A DNA stretch of 64,000 nucleotides from Synechococcus sp. (GCA_051439605.1 JBFRWN010000013.1:1-64000), one strand, 5' to 3'; shown: positions 49,050-61,149, counted from the stretch's first letter. Notes: generated by a model not told the origin, from the sequence alone. Numbers and translations are program-made.

Positions 49050-49791
49050 CCTCTGTCTTGAGCAAAACGACGCAATGGCGCACGCTGTCAGAAAGGGGGG
49101 TATGGAACGCGTCCACCTCGGCAATTTCTCCCCCCAGAGTCTCTGCTGCCTCTGCAACCATTGCCTCTTCCTCCAAAGTCCAGTGGCCGCGATAGAGGAT
49201 TGCCCTACCGCCAATTTTCAACAAGGGCAGACTGTATTCGGTGCATACTGCGGCTGGACCAATAGCCCGCAATACTGCCACATCAAACCCCTCCCGCCGG
49301 GGAAATAGTTCCACTCGAGAGGCAAAGCCCACTGCATTAGTCAGCCCCATGCGGGAAATGGCCTGCTCGATAAATGCCACTTTGCGTTTGGTGGAGTCCA
49401 AGAGGGTGACCGACCATTGGGGAAAAACCGTTGCCGCCGGTAAGCCAGGGAAGCCAGCCCCCGAACCAATATCAACCATTTCAAGCGGAATGCCGCATAG
49501 GGCTTCCCAAGGACCCAAACTGAGTAGACCGCGCAAAGAATCCCACAGGTGCTTCTCCCAAAAGTCTTGGGGAGAGGTGAGGCGGGTCAGATTCTGTTGC
49601 TGGTTACCCAAAATCACCGCTTCGTAAAGCTTTTCGAAACGATGAAGGGCTTGTTCGTCCGGCTGGCATCCTAACTCTGCCATCCAATCGCGAGATCGCA
49701 GCAATTCGGCCCAAGCCTGACATTGGGGGACGGCATCTGCAGGCAGGCGATCGGGTAGTGTCAGGGGGGAAGTATGGCGGGATTTAGACAT
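48982..49791 (-). CDS. rsmG: 16S rRNA m7G527 methyltransferase
   Basis: NLTRL, HLWDSL, DIGSGAGFPG, LDSTKRK. Confidence 0.95.
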   Translation of the reverse strand: MSKSRHTSPLTLPDRLPADAVPQCQAWAELLRSRDWMAELGCQPDEQALHRFEKLYEAVILGNQQQNLTRLTSPQDFWEKHLWDSLRGLLSLGPWEALCGIPLEMVDIGSGAGFPGLPAATVFPQWSVTLLDSTKRKVAFIEQAISRMGLTNAVGFASRVELFPRREGFDVAVLRAIGPAAVCTEYSLPLLKIGGRAILYRGHWTLEEEAMVAEAAETLGGEIAEVDAFHTPLSDSVRHCVVLLKTEATPEAFPRSPGAAARHPLGGGS

Positions 49792-49907
49792 GGGCTCGAA
49801 ATTCTTAGACCTCCACTGTAGCCGCATCCACTCGAAATCGCGGCCTCAGATACGATCCCCGAAGGGTACAATATCCCTGCTAAGACAGATTTTATAGAGA
49901 TATTTTT

Positions 49908-50372
49908 ATGGGCATTACTCTTACTGCTGAGGATACGCAATTTGATGTAGAGCTGCTCGGAGATGTCCTGCCAGGTTCATCAGATATCAAAGTAGCTGCC
50001 ACCAACAACCAAACTCTGAAACTGGCAGTGGGTACCGCCGTAACTCTGCGAGCTGACGAACCTGTAGGTGGAGATTACACCGTTACTTTGGCGTTGGCCC
50101 CTGCAGCTCCCCGCGGTTGGAGACTGTACTTGAGCAAGGTCGCTGGCGGAGCTACCCCGGTAGCTGTCAATCCTGCCTCCGCCTCTACAGAAGGTAGCTC
50201 GGCAGATAATACCGGCAAAGTCTTCGAGATCAAATTCGTGTCTGCAGGCACGAGCCCGATGGTGCGTACGAGCGTGCAAACTCTTCGGGTGCCCTTCTCC
50301 CGCATGTCCAGCGAAGTTTCCCGCATTACCCGGTCTGGCAGCAAGATTGTCAGTATCACCGAAATCGTTTAG
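49908..50372 (+). CDS. Protein with C-terminal CpcD/allophycocyanin-linker domain
   Basis: C-terminus VRTSVQTLRVPFSRMSSEVSRITRSGSKIVSI resembles the CpcD domain. Confidence 0.75.
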   Translation: MGITLTAEDTQFDVELLGDVLPGSSDIKVAATNNQTLKLAVGTAVTLRADEPVGGDYTVTLALAPAAPRGWRLYLSKVAGGATPVAVNPASASTEGSSADNTGKVFEIKFVSAGTSPMVRTSVQTLRVPFSRMSSEVSRITRSGSKIVSITEIV

Positions 50373-50570
50373 CTTTCAGTCCTGCTATCGGTTTCTGGGT
50401 CAGTTTGGGTCGAATTCTCAGGTGATGCTCCACTGATACCAGGTGCAAATCATAGTTGATAGTTGCCGTTCATTTCTTTAACCGCTAGGTCTTGGCTGGA
50501 GTTTTCAGGACTTAGCGGTTTTGCAGTTGAAAACTCTAGATATCGCACGTATGGTGGGTTGTAATTGCCG

Positions 50571-51407
50571 ATGAACGCTACCCCTGTTGTGTCCCAGTTA
50601 AGCCTCCAGCGGGTATTGGGGTTTCCGGTACATGTTCCCAGTTCCGCTGTTCCCAATGCACCAGCTCCCCATGCTTCTCCCTCCCGCAATTCAGATTCCC
50701 ATCAAGCGGGTGTATCCGCCGACCCTTTTGCGGCTTATCTGGCTTGGTTGGGCGATCGCGTGCGTAGCGGTGTTGGCACCCACACTATCACCATCAATGC
50801 CGAAATGATTATGCTGGGACGTCAAGATCGGCAGTTTGCCACCGCCTTGCAGGAGGCGGATTTGCTTGCGCCCGATGGAGCGGGAGTCGTCTTAGCCCTC
50901 AAGTTGCAGGGCATCCATATCCAGCGCTGCCCCGGCATTGAGTTGTCAGAACGGCTAGTAGCCATGGCTGCTAGTGAGGGATGGTCCATTTACCTCTTGG
51001 GGGGGGGACCGGAGGTATCCGATGCAGTATTAGCACAGTGGAAGCAGCGTTACCCCGATCTTGCCCTAGAAGGACACAACGGCTATTTTGATGCCGATGA
51101 AGAACGGGTCATTTGCGATCGCATCGCCACCTTAAAACCTCAACTCGTGTTCGTCGGAACGGGGTCCCCGCGGCAGGAACATTGGATTCGCCAGCACCGT
51201 CACTTAGTTCCAGAGGCTACGTGGATTGGTATTGGCGGCAGTTTAGATATTTGGGCCGGAACGAAAGAACGAGCCCCACAATGGTTCCGCGATCGCCATT
51301 TGGAATGGCTGTATCGCCTCTACAAAGAGCCTTGGCGGTGGCGCAGGATGTTGGCCTTGCCTCAGTTTGCTTGGTACGTGTTGGTGAATGGAGTAGTTCG
51401 TCAATGA
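50571..51407 (+). CDS. WecB/TagA/CpsF glycosyltransferase
   Basis: TINAE, PDGAGV, GTGSPRQE, GIGGSLD, RAP, EWLYRL..EPWRWRR. Confidence 0.92.
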   Translation: MNATPVVSQLSLQRVLGFPVHVPSSAVPNAPAPHASPSRNSDSHQAGVSADPFAAYLAWLGDRVRSGVGTHTITINAEMIMLGRQDRQFATALQEADLLAPDGAGVVLALKLQGIHIQRCPGIELSERLVAMAASEGWSIYLLGGGPEVSDAVLAQWKQRYPDLALEGHNGYFDADEERVICDRIATLKPQLVFVGTGSPRQEHWIRQHRHLVPEATWIGIGGSLDIWAGTKERAPQWFRDRHLEWLYRLYKEPWRWRRMLALPQFAWYVLVNGVVRQ

Positions 51408-52201
51408 TTCAAAGTCCTTCCCGTCGGGCGGCATCCAGCCGCTCTGCTGTGTCACTTGCAGCCCCTTCTTCAGGGGTACCCAGGTACACATCTGCAGTGC
51501 CCCAAAAAACTGTTGTGAGCCTGCAACAGGTTACGAAGCTTTACGACCCTGACATTGTGGTGCTGGATAACGTCAATCTGTCTGTAAAGTCTAGAGAATT
51601 TGTATTTGTTACGGGGGCATCGGGGGCTGGCAAATCAACGTTGCTGCGACTGCTTTACGGTGCAGAATCCATTACCAGCGGTCAAGTAACGGTAGCAGAT
51701 GTTAACTTGAGTCGCCTGCGCAGGCGATCGCTGGCCATGATGCGGCGAAGAATTGGCGTCGTATTTCAGGATTACAAACTGCTACCCAGCCGCACCGTTG
51801 CAGAGAACGTCGCGTTTGTTTTGCGGGCGCAGGGACTTTCCCGTCAAGAGGTAAAACGGCGCTTGGCCCCTGCCCTGAAGATGGTCGGACTTTTAGATAA
51901 AGCCGAACGGTTTCCAAACGAGCTGTCGGGGGGGGAACAGCAGCGGGTGAGCTTGGCGCGGGCGATCGTCAATACACCTCCGTTGCTGCTGGCGGATGAA
52001 CCTACGGGGAACCTAGATCCTGAAAATTCACGCTTGGTTTTACAGATTTTGGAGCGCCTCAATTCCTTTGGGGTAACCATCATCATGAGCACTCACGATC
52101 GCGGGTTGATTACCCACTCCCAAAATCGCCGTATCCATCTAGAAAACGGTATCCTTTCCGAGCAAACTGCAGGCCTGTCCCGCTCCACTTCCGCGGCGTA
52201 A
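51404..52201 (+). CDS. ftsE: Cell division ATP-binding protein FtsE
   Basis: GASGAGKST, VFQDYKLL, LSGGEQQR, ADEPTGNLD; adjacent to ftsX. Confidence 0.9.
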   Translation: MIQSPSRRAASSRSAVSLAAPSSGVPRYTSAVPQKTVVSLQQVTKLYDPDIVVLDNVNLSVKSREFVFVTGASGAGKSTLLRLLYGAESITSGQVTVADVNLSRLRRRSLAMMRRRIGVVFQDYKLLPSRTVAENVAFVLRAQGLSRQEVKRRLAPALKMVGLLDKAERFPNELSGGEQQRVSLARAIVNTPPLLLADEPTGNLDPENSRLVLQILERLNSFGVTIIMSTHDRGLITHSQNRRIHLENGILSEQTAGLSRSTSAA

Positions 52202-52407
52202 TGTCTGAGGTCGCGAGGGCTATGCGTAACGCCATACGAGAGAAATGGTCTGCAAGCGTAACGTCCTGTAACTATTGGGATGGCGAATAGACTTACCCTA
52301 CATATACTGGTTCACGTTGAGACTTGTCTCGAACAATGACTAGATGTAGGGAATGGTCCCCTGACAGCCAGTCTAGATAGCGAGCAACCACAAGCGAGGG
52401 TTACACC

Positions 52408-53337
52408 GTGACCGTTCAAACAGGATTCTTTACCGGTATTGCCCGTTTTTTCAACAAGATTGACTATCTGTTGCGGGAAACGCTGTTGGGGTTGCGCAGA
52501 GGGGGATGGCTGAACTGGGCGGCCATCAGCACGCTGATGGTGTTGCTGTTTTTAGTTGGCATCAGCCTGCAACTGTCTTGGGGACTTGAAAACACGTTGG
52601 ACTCTCTGGGCACCCAGGTTGAAATTTCCGTATTTTTAGAGCCAGAGGTCACTGCCGAGTCTCTTCAGCCAACCATCTCTAGTCTGCCTGGAGTGGCCGA
52701 GACGAGCGCAATCCCCAAAGAGGATGCCTTTAACGAGCTTCTGCTAGCAATGGGGGAGGATAACCCCGAGCAAACCGCCGCCGATTTGGGTAACAATCCT
52801 CTGGTAGACAGCTTTCGAGTGCAAGTGAATTCCACCGAGCAACTGGATGAAGTGGCTCAGGTCCTGCAGGGATTGACGGGGGTTGACGAAGTGTATTACG
52901 GCAGCGAAGTGGTTAGCCGTCTGGGGCAACTGCAAGACGGCTTGGGACTGGGCACGATCGCGATTACGGGAGGGCTGACCCTAACGACTATTGCCGTGAT
53001 CACCACTACCATCCGCCTCATCGTGATGGCCCGCCGACGTGAAATAGAGGTGATGGCACTGGTGGGGGCCACCTCCACCTGGATTTACATGCCGTTTATT
53101 TTGCAGGGGGTGTTTTTTGGCATTGTGGGGGCGATTGCCGCTTGGGGGCTGGTGTTGGGGTCCCAGAAGTTAATGGTGGATGTATTGGCTAATATGTTGG
53201 CCATGCCTTTTTTAAGTATCTCAAGCGCGTCCTCGGAATCTGTTGTGGGGATTCTGCCGCTGATTTTGCTGGGAATTGGCACGTTGCTGGGGGCGACAGG
53301 TAGCCTGTTTGCTGTCAGAAAAACAGCAATTCGATAG
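52408..53337 (+). CDS. ftsX: Cell division permease FtsX
   Basis: TTIRLIVMARRREIEVMALVGAT; four-TM topology. Confidence 0.9.
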   Translation: MTVQTGFFTGIARFFNKIDYLLRETLLGLRRGGWLNWAAISTLMVLLFLVGISLQLSWGLENTLDSLGTQVEISVFLEPEVTAESLQPTISSLPGVAETSAIPKEDAFNELLLAMGEDNPEQTAADLGNNPLVDSFRVQVNSTEQLDEVAQVLQGLTGVDEVYYGSEVVSRLGQLQDGLGLGTIAITGGLTLTTIAVITTTIRLIVMARRREIEVMALVGATSTWIYMPFILQGVFFGIVGAIAAWGLVLGSQKLMVDVLANMLAMPFLSISSASSESVVGILPLILLGIGTLLGATGSLFAVRKTAIR

Positions 53338-53381
53338 CGGCTTCTCAAGTGAGTTCTTTCTTCTTGATGGGATTATTAAAA

Positions 53382-53419
53382 GCAAAGCGGAGAGCTAAAT
53401 CCAGTGCTCTCCGCTTTGC
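53382..53419. terminator. Stem-loop between convergent ftsX and pdhB
   Basis: 14-bp perfect inverted repeat GCAAAGCGGAGAGC / GCTCTCCGCTTTGC. Confidence 0.7.
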
Positions 53420-53487
53420 AGCTGCTGATATATTTATGTGCTTGATTCGGGCTTGCGGACACTCAATCGATTGCCCTTGCTAGCGGA

Positions 53488-54471
53488 CTATACCGCTACC
53501 ATCAGCATCTCCTCCACCTTGGCAATCACATCCTCGGGCTGGACGATCGTGGCATTTTCCAAAGTGCCGTTGTAGGGCGTAGGAATGTCTTGAGAAGCCA
53601 AACGCGCCACAGGGGCATCGAGCTCGTCAAACAGTTCTTCCATGATTCGGGAACTGAGCTCGGAGCCAATCGCCCCGGACTTCATCCCCTCTTCCACAAT
53701 CAGCACCCGGTGGGTCTTGCTCACTGATTCAGCAATGGTCTCCATATCCAGCGGCTTGAGGGAAATTAGGTCGATGACTTCGGGGTCAATCTCGTTAGCC
53801 ACCAAGGTTTCCACTGCTTTCATGACGTGGTATCGCATTCGGGAGTAGGTGATGATGGTGATGTCCTGGCCGGGACGGACGATCTCTGCTTTGTCGATGG
53901 GGCAGAGATATTCATCCTCAGGAATATCCTCTTTGAGGTTATAGAGGAGCACGTGCTCGAAGAACAGGACGGGGTTGTCATCCCGAATCGCGGATTTCAG
54001 CAAGCCCTTAGCATTGTATGGGGTGGAGCAAGCCACCATCTTGAGTCCGGGAACCGCTTGGAAATAGGATTCCAAACGCTGAGAGTGCTCGGCCCCTAAG
54101 TTACGGCCGACACCACCAGGTCCGCGAATCACCATCGGCACCTTGAAGTTACCTCCGGAGGTGTAGCGCAGCATGCCAGCGTTGTTGGAAATCTGGTTGA
54201 AGGCCAGCAGCAAAAAGCCCATGTTCATGCCTTCAACAATGGGGCGCAGGCCGGTCATCGCTGCCCCCACAGCCATCCCCATAAAGCTATTTTCGGCAAT
54301 CGGGGTGTCTAGAAGTCTAAGGTCCCCGTATTTCTTATAGAGATCTTTGGTGACCTTGTAAGAACCTCCGTAGTGGCCGACGTCTTCACCCAATACAAAG
54401 ACGCTGTCATCGCGGGCCATCTCTTCGTCAGTGGCCTCGCGGAGGGCATTAAATAAAAACGTTTCTGCCAT
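53488..54471 (-). CDS. pdhB: Pyruvate dehydrogenase E1 beta subunit
   Basis: [27 protein letters not shown]. Confidence 0.97.
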   Translation of the reverse strand: MAETFLFNALREATDEEMARDDSVFVLGEDVGHYGGSYKVTKDLYKKYGDLRLLDTPIAENSFMGMAVGAAMTGLRPIVEGMNMGFLLLAFNQISNNAGMLRYTSGGNFKVPMVIRGPGGVGRNLGAEHSQRLESYFQAVPGLKMVACSTPYNAKGLLKSAIRDDNPVLFFEHVLLYNLKEDIPEDEYLCPIDKAEIVRPGQDITIITYSRMRYHVMKAVETLVANEIDPEVIDLISLKPLDMETIAESVSKTHRVLIVEEGMKSGAIGSELSSRIMEELFDELDAPVARLASQDIPTPYNGTLENATIVQPEDVIAKVEEMLMVAV

Positions 54472-54534
54472 GAATTTTGACTCAAATGATGAAGCTATTA
54501 GGGGGGAGAAAAAGGGGTTTGGCCGATGAACAGG

Positions 54535-55563
54535 TTACTCGTCCTCGGCAAAAACGTAGCGGTAGAGCTCGTCGACGGTGGGTTCCGGACTGTCGAGGGC
54601 AAACTCAACCGAGTCTTCTACTTCCTTGCGAATCTGCAGCAAGATTTCGTCAAAGTCCGCCTGGGTCATCAGGTTGTGCTCTAACGCGTGACGCTCGAAC
54701 ATGGCGATCGGGTCCTGCTGACGCCAAAATTCTTTTTCTTCTTCAGTGCGCAGCTCGTCGGGGTCAGCCAGAGAGTGGCCTCTAAATCGGTAGGTCATGC
54801 ACTCCAGCAAGGTGGGGCCTTCGCCCGCTCGCGCCCGCTCCAGCGCATCTTGAGTGGCTTTGCGCACCGCTAATACATCCATACCGTTGATACGATATCC
54901 AGGCATACCAAAGGCAGCAGCTTTCTTATAAATCTCAACATCAGAAGTGGCACGCTCGTGCAGCATGCCGATCGCCCAGTTGTTGTTCTCAATGACATAG
55001 ATAATGGGCAGCTTCCACAACTGGGCCATGTTCAAACATTCAAAAAACTGGCCGTTGTTGGAGGCCCCATCTCCAAAGAAACAGGTGGCTACCTGGTCGG
55101 TACCTCGATATTTGGCGGAGAAGGCAGCTCCGGTTGCGACGGGAATCCCCTCTGCCACAAAGGCATATCCGCCCAAGAAGTTGTGCTCGGCAGAGAACAG
55201 GTGCATCGACCCACCGCGTCCTTTGCTGCAACCGGTGGCTTTTCCGAATAGCTCGGCCATAACCGATCGCGCCGATACCCCCGCACTCAAGGCATGGACG
55301 TGCTCGCGGTAGGTACCTGCAACGTAATCCGTGGATTTCAGCGCCTTAATGACCCCCGTAGTTACCGCCTCTTGACCGTTATAGAGGTGGACAAAACCAA
55401 ACATTTTGCCCTTGTAGTACATCTCTGCGCATTTGTCTTCAAACTGCCGCCCCAACTGCATGTCGCGATAGATCGTCAACGCTTCATCGCGAGTCACAGT
55501 AGCCCGCTGATCGATCTCCGCTGACAGGTTAGTTAACTTAGGAGGGGCAAACTCTTGAACCAT
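54535..55563 (-). CDS. pdhA: Pyruvate dehydrogenase E1 alpha subunit
   Basis: [36 protein letters not shown]. Confidence 0.97.
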   Translation of the reverse strand: MVQEFAPPKLTNLSAEIDQRATVTRDEALTIYRDMQLGRQFEDKCAEMYYKGKMFGFVHLYNGQEAVTTGVIKALKSTDYVAGTYREHVHALSAGVSARSVMAELFGKATGCSKGRGGSMHLFSAEHNFLGGYAFVAEGIPVATGAAFSAKYRGTDQVATCFFGDGASNNGQFFECLNMAQLWKLPIIYVIENNNWAIGMLHERATSDVEIYKKAAAFGMPGYRINGMDVLAVRKATQDALERARAGEGPTLLECMTYRFRGHSLADPDELRTEEEKEFWRQQDPIAMFERHALEHNLMTQADFDEILLQIRKEVEDSVEFALDSPEPTVDELYRYVFAEDE

Positions 55564-55897
55564 CTCAAATACGCTGCACGAGGCAGGATGTCTGGACAAA
55601 GTTAAGAACTCAACAGCAACGTTCTGCGAGCACTAGGGTCTGGCTTTCAAATTACCATACAGATATTTCGTTATTTTTGTGGATTTTTCTGCCAGCAATA
55701 AACTCAGTAGTTGCAATCACCTGCTGCAATTGTTTGGAGTTCCAGATGTTTTTTGGAAAATCAATTCTATTCTGGTGCGGCAATACGTATCTAGAGTCAG
55801 CGCAGACCGATCCTCTGGATGGGGCAGCCGCTGCATAGAATATGTCTAGAGCTGCACATGTAAGCCCGATTACTCGGTCCCCAAACAGTAACCCCTG

Positions 55898-58525
55898 ATG
55901 CAACCTACCGATCCCAACAAGTTCACTGAAAAAGCCTGGGCCGCCATTGTCCGCACTCCGGATGTCGCTAAGGCTGCTCAACACCAACAAATTCATTCCG
56001 AGCACCTCTTTCGAGCCCTGCTGGATGACACTAACGGGCTAGCGGCCACAATTTTCCAGAAGGCAGGGGCCAATATTGATAAGCTGCGCGATCGTGCGGA
56101 TGGGTTCATCAGCCGCCAACCCAAAGTCTCCGGTGGCAGCGGTTCGGTTTACCTGGGGCGCAGTCTGGATTCTTTGCTCGACCGAGCCGAGAACTACCGT
56201 AAAGACTACGGCGATGATTTTATCTCCATCGAACACCTAGTGCTGGGGGTCGCTAAAGACGTACGCTTTGGCAGACCGCTGCTGGCGGAGGGGAATCTGG
56301 ACGAAGCCAAGTTGAAGGAGATTGTGGACGGCATTCGAGGGACGCATAAAGTGACTGACCAGAATCCGGAAGGAAAATATGAAGCGCTAGAGAAATTTGG
56401 CCGAGATCTGACACAACTGGCCATAGAAGGCAAGTTGGATCCGGTCATCGGTCGGGACGACGAAATTCGCCGCACCATTCAAATTTTGTCCCGTCGCACG
56501 AAAAATAATCCTGTCCTGATTGGGGAGCCTGGTGTCGGCAAAACGGCGATCGCCGAGGGACTGGCCCAGCGGATTGTCAGTGGAGACATCCCCGATTCGT
56601 TACGCGATCGCGTTCTCATCTGCCTCGATCTAGGGGCGCTGATTGCCGGTGCTAAGTACCGCGGTGAATTTGAGGAACGCCTTAAGGCCGTACTCAAGGA
56701 AGTCACCTCCTCCGACGGTCGGGTGATCTTATTCATCGACGAGATCCACACCATGGTAGGGGCAGGAGCCACTCAGGGGGCTATGGATGCCGGCAACCTG
56801 CTCAAACCCATGCTGGCTCGCGGAGAACTGCGCTGCATTGGTGCTACTACGCTGGACGAGTACCGCCAGCACCTCGAAAAAGACGCTGCCCTCGAGCGAC
56901 GCTTCCAGCAGGTCTATGTCGATCAGCCATCGGTTGAAGATACCATTTCGATTTTGCGCGGATTGAAAGAACGCTACGAGGTGCATCACGGCGTACAAAT
57001 TTCCGACTCGGCGCTAGTGGCCGCCGCAACGCTATCGAATCGCTACATCAGCGATCGCTTCTTGCCCGACAAGGCTATTGACCTGGTGGATGAATCCGCA
57101 GCCCGACTAAAAATGGAAATCACCTCTAAGCCGGAGGAACTGGACGAAATCGATCGCAAGATCCTGCAGTTAGAGATGGAACGCTTGTCCCTCGACAAGG
57201 AGGTGGACCCCGCCTCCCGCGAGCGTCTGGAGCGTTTAGAAAAAGAGCTGGCGGATTTGAAAGAGGATCAGACGGCTTTGAATGCCCAATGGCAATCAGA
57301 GAAGGAAACCTTAGATGGAATTCAGTCAATCAAAGAAGAAATCGACCGGGTCAATATTGAAATTCAGCAAGCAGAACGCAATTACGACTTGAATAAAGCT
57401 GCTGAGCTGAAATATGGCAAACTAGCCGAGCTCCAGCGGCAGTTAGGTGAGATAGAGACAAATCTAGAAGCCTCCCAAACCAGCGGTCGCAGCCTGCTGC
57501 GGGAGGAAGTCATCGAGGCGGATATCGCCGAAATTATTTCTAAATGGACTGGTATTCCCGTCAGCAAGTTGGTGGAATCCGAGAAGGAGAAGCTGCTGCA
57601 CCTGGAAGATGTCTTGCACGAGCGGGTGATAGGCCAAACGGAGGCTGTCACCGCCGTATCCGAGGCAATTCAGCGATCGAGAGCCGGGCTTTCCGACCCC
57701 AATCGCCCCATTGCTAGCTTTATCTTCTTAGGCCCCACAGGTGTGGGTAAAACCGAACTGGCCAAAACCCTGGCTGCGTTCCTGTTCGATTCTGAAGAGG
57801 CGATGGTGCGTATTGACATGTCCGAGTACATGGAAAAGCACGCGGTCTCCCGTCTGATTGGTGCCCCTCCCGGATATGTTGGCTACGACGAAGGGGGGCA
57901 GCTTACCGAGGTTGTGCGTCGTCGACCTTACTCTGTGATTCTGTTTGACGAAATCGAAAAGGCCCACCCGGACGTTTTCAACGTTATGCTCCAGATTTTG
58001 GATGATGGTCGCGTCACAGATTCGCAGGGACGCACGGTGGATTTCAAAAACTCCATCATCATCATGACCAGCAATATTGGTTCCCAATTCATCTTGGATG
58101 TGGCGGGTGACGATAGCCGCTACGAAGAGATGCGCGATCGCGTCATGGTAGCCATGCGGGAAAGCTTTCGTCCCGAGTTCCTAAATCGGATTGACGACAT
58201 CATCATTTTCCACAGTCTCACCAGAGACCAGTTGCGGAAGATTGTGGAACTGCAGGTGGCGGCCTTGGCCAAACGTCTGGAGGATCGCAAGCTGGCCCTC
58301 AAACTCACGGACGCAGCCATCGATGCCGTTGTTACGGCTGGTTACGACCCGGTTTACGGCGCTCGCCCTCTGAAGCGGGCCATTCAGCGGGAACTGGAAA
58401 ATACGATCGCCAAAGGGATTTTAAGGGGGGACTACCTGGATGGAGCGACGGTGTTTGCAGATGCAGATGACGACGGTCACTTAGTGTTGAAATCTCTCTT
58501 CTCAGAGGTTGTGACCACTGCATAA
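55898..58525 (+). CDS. clpB: ATP-dependent chaperone ClpB
   Basis: Two AAA+ modules ([16 protein letters not shown]) with long M-domain coiled coil. Confidence 0.97.
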   Translation: MQPTDPNKFTEKAWAAIVRTPDVAKAAQHQQIHSEHLFRALLDDTNGLAATIFQKAGANIDKLRDRADGFISRQPKVSGGSGSVYLGRSLDSLLDRAENYRKDYGDDFISIEHLVLGVAKDVRFGRPLLAEGNLDEAKLKEIVDGIRGTHKVTDQNPEGKYEALEKFGRDLTQLAIEGKLDPVIGRDDEIRRTIQILSRRTKNNPVLIGEPGVGKTAIAEGLAQRIVSGDIPDSLRDRVLICLDLGALIAGAKYRGEFEERLKAVLKEVTSSDGRVILFIDEIHTMVGAGATQGAMDAGNLLKPMLARGELRCIGATTLDEYRQHLEKDAALERRFQQVYVDQPSVEDTISILRGLKERYEVHHGVQISDSALVAAATLSNRYISDRFLPDKAIDLVDESAARLKMEITSKPEELDEIDRKILQLEMERLSLDKEVDPASRERLERLEKELADLKEDQTALNAQWQSEKETLDGIQSIKEEIDRVNIEIQQAERNYDLNKAAELKYGKLAELQRQLGEIETNLEASQTSGRSLLREEVIEADIAEIISKWTGIPVSKLVESEKEKLLHLEDVLHERVIGQTEAVTAVSEAIQRSRAGLSDPNRPIASFIFLGPTGVGKTELAKTLAAFLFDSEEAMVRIDMSEYMEKHAVSRLIGAPPGYVGYDEGGQLTEVVRRRPYSVILFDEIEKAHPDVFNVMLQILDDGRVTDSQGRTVDFKNSIIIMTSNIGSQFILDVAGDDSRYEEMRDRVMVAMRESFRPEFLNRIDDIIIFHSLTRDQLRKIVELQVAALAKRLEDRKLALKLTDAAIDAVVTAGYDPVYGARPLKRAIQRELENTIAKGILRGDYLDGATVFADADDDGHLVLKSLFSEVVTTA

Positions 58526-58682
58526 GGGCTGGCTTGCAATTCTGGCGATCGCACCATCACAGTAGGAACATTCCCGGCCTCTACTCAGTCTGTGGCTAGC
58601 AAGTCCGCCCGATCGCTGGTGGATCGGGACACTAGCCGTTACTGTTAACGGCACGAACGTTTCTACTGTCGATCGCCCATCT

Positions 58683-59936
58683 ATGTCATTGTTGTTTACC
58701 CGATATCGCTGGCGCAGGTTATTCCAAGCTTGGGTGGCAGCCTGGGGCATCTGCTTTTGCCTGCTGGGACTTTGGTTTACTGCTCCTTTTTCAGTGGCGC
58801 AGAAATCTGAAGCACAGTTGCTATCCTCAGAAATTCGCGGTGTCTGGATTACAGCCAACGATACAGGGATGGTGAGCGAGCGCGAGCGCATGCAGGCGGC
58901 GGTCGATCGGCTAGCCAGTCTTAACTTCAACACGCTGTATCCCGTTGTCTGGAATTCCGGTTACGCCCTTTACCCCAGCACCGTGGCCCGGCAAGCGGGT
59001 ATCCAACCCTTTGTTCGCCAAGGCAATTACGGTCAAGATATTCTGGCGGATTTGATTGCCACCGCCCATCGGCAACAGCTAGCGGTGATGCCGTGGTTTG
59101 AATTTGGATTTATGGCTCCCCCTACCTCAGAGTTGGCGACGAAACATCCCCAATGGTTGACTCAGCGGCAGGATGGAACGAATACGATTACAAATGCTGC
59201 TGGTGAAGTGGTTTGGATGAATCCTTTTCGACCAGACGTGCAGCAGTTTTTTACAGAACTGGTGCTGGAACTGGTTACCCGATATGACATCGATGGCATC
59301 CAGTTTGACGATCACGCCAGCTTTCCAGCGGAATTTGGCTACGACAGCTACACACTAGAGCTCTATCGTTCAGAAACGCACCGGCAGCCCCCTATTAACC
59401 CCAACGATCCCGCCTGGAAACGGTGGCGGGCAGACAAGCTGACGGAGTTCATCGCCAAGCTACAGCAGGCGGTCAAACAGCAAAAGCCCAATATTGTTTT
59501 CTCCATTGCCCCCACCACCTACAGCACCGCCTACAACTCGTTTTTGCAGGATTGGATGGATTGGGCCGATCGCGGTATCGTCGATGAGGCGATCGTGCAA
59601 ATTTACCGCCACGATCTGAAAAGTTTCCACCACGAAATCCAGAAGCCAGAGATGCAGACCATGCAACAAAAGATTCCGATGGGGGTGGGAATTCTAGCTG
59701 GATTGCGCACCAAACCCGTTGATTCGCGATCGCTGGAACGGCAAGCCCTTGCTGCTAGGGCAAGGGGTTTGGGACTGACGTTTTTTTCCTACGAAAGCTT
59801 GTGGGAAAGCAGTCCAGAATCACCGGAAGCTCGACAGGCAATGTTCCAATCTCTGTTTGGTCGCAATCGCGTACCGCGATCGCATAAGTCTTTTGTCTCT
59901 TCTCCAACCTACACCTACAGTCGCGATGGGTCTTGA
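58683..59936 (+). CDS. Glycoside hydrolase family 10-like (DUF187) protein
   Basis: EIRGVWIT, PWFEFG, DIDGIQFDDH. Confidence 0.88.
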   Translation: MSLLFTRYRWRRLFQAWVAAWGICFCLLGLWFTAPFSVAQKSEAQLLSSEIRGVWITANDTGMVSERERMQAAVDRLASLNFNTLYPVVWNSGYALYPSTVARQAGIQPFVRQGNYGQDILADLIATAHRQQLAVMPWFEFGFMAPPTSELATKHPQWLTQRQDGTNTITNAAGEVVWMNPFRPDVQQFFTELVLELVTRYDIDGIQFDDHASFPAEFGYDSYTLELYRSETHRQPPINPNDPAWKRWRADKLTEFIAKLQQAVKQQKPNIVFSIAPTTYSTAYNSFLQDWMDWADRGIVDEAIVQIYRHDLKSFHHEIQKPEMQTMQQKIPMGVGILAGLRTKPVDSRSLERQALAARARGLGLTFFSYESLWESSPESPEARQAMFQSLFGRNRVPRSHKSFVSSPTYTYSRDGS

Positions 59937-60018
59937 ACGGGCTTACCATTTGCTTAACCATTGTCGCTAGGTACATCCAACGTTAGGGGTCAGCACCACC
60001 ACCAATTTAGGATTGCGA

Positions 60019-60999
60019 ATGAATCGCTTACTAGTTTATCAATTGGGGTTGTGTGCTTTAGGAGCGGTATACCAAGCAATTGGTGACACGTTAGATCGCC
60101 GTCGTTCCCGTCCAGGTCACCGGGTGGATGTGGGTGGATACCGGCTGCATTATTGCGTTCGGGGTCAGGGTTCCCCAACTATCGTACTGGACCACAGCTT
60201 GGGTGGAGTTGAGGGGTATCTGCTGCTCGATCGGCTCTCTCAGCTGTCTCGAACTTTCATTTACGATCGCGCAGGGTACGGTTGGAGCGATCGCAGCCAG
60301 CATCCCCGCACTAGCGATTGGATTGTGACGGAATTAGATAGGTTACTAACGCGAGCGGGCATCGAGCCCCCTTATTTGCTGGTGGGAGACTCGTTTGGCA
60401 GCTACAACATGCGTTTATATGCCCATCGGTTCCCCGAAAAAGTTGCCGGTTTAGTATTGACCGACGGTTTGCACGAACGGGAAATGTTGGCCATGTCGGC
60501 CCCACTGCAAGGGCTACAACTGCTTTTTCTATCGGGATTTATCATGTCGGCATTTGGCTCGTCAATTGGCGTTGTTCGTTTACTGGAGCGCATCGGATTG
60601 TTTGAGTTGCTCAAGCCCAGGTTGCGGTATTTTTCCCCTCAAGCTTTAGCCTGTGTCAAATATTCTTTTATTCGACCCAAACATTGGGTCACCATGACCC
60701 AAGAATTGTGGAATTTAGCCAAAAGCGGTCGCCAATTGCAGGTGACATCTCATTTAAGCCATCTGCCCATCGCCAGCATTCAAGCGAATACTTTTCTCAA
60801 CCCATCTCTCTGGAATGTGCTACTGCCCATCAAAGCCGCCAACCAACTGCACCAACGCATGCACATTCATGTAAATCGGTTAACTCCAGCGCTCTACAAA
60901 ATTGACGCCGAAAATAGCGACCACTTTGTGTGGGTAGAGCGACCGGATACGATCGTAGCGGCGGTCTACATAATTCTCAACCGCATTTCAGCAGCTTAA
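60019..60999 (+). CDS. Alpha/beta-fold hydrolase
   Basis: YDRAGYGWS, GDSFG nucleophile elbow, C-terminal SDHFV. Confidence 0.88.
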   Translation: MNRLLVYQLGLCALGAVYQAIGDTLDRRRSRPGHRVDVGGYRLHYCVRGQGSPTIVLDHSLGGVEGYLLLDRLSQLSRTFIYDRAGYGWSDRSQHPRTSDWIVTELDRLLTRAGIEPPYLLVGDSFGSYNMRLYAHRFPEKVAGLVLTDGLHEREMLAMSAPLQGLQLLFLSGFIMSAFGSSIGVVRLLERIGLFELLKPRLRYFSPQALACVKYSFIRPKHWVTMTQELWNLAKSGRQLQVTSHLSHLPIASIQANTFLNPSLWNVLLPIKAANQLHQRMHIHVNRLTPALYKIDAENSDHFVWVERPDTIVAAVYIILNRISAA

Positions 61000-61081
61000 G
61001 AGCCAGTTATGAGCAGGGAAATTCCTAAAACTAAGCCCCAAAAGAAGATGGACTCAAGCCGGACAAAACCGTCAACGGAAA

Positions 61082-61114
61082 AAGAGTGCTGCAGAACTCT
61101 TCTACCGCACTCTT
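61082..61114. terminator. Stem-loop between convergent ORFs
   Basis: AAGAGTGC / GCACTCTT inverted repeat. Confidence 0.5.
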
Positions 61115-61149
61115 AGGATTATTTAGGGACTAGCAAGCTGCCTTGATGA

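Noticed and set aside
51113..51403. N-terminal extension of FtsE in the ORF track
   Set aside because: Lies inside the glycosyltransferase gene; ATGA coupling at 51404 is the more plausible start
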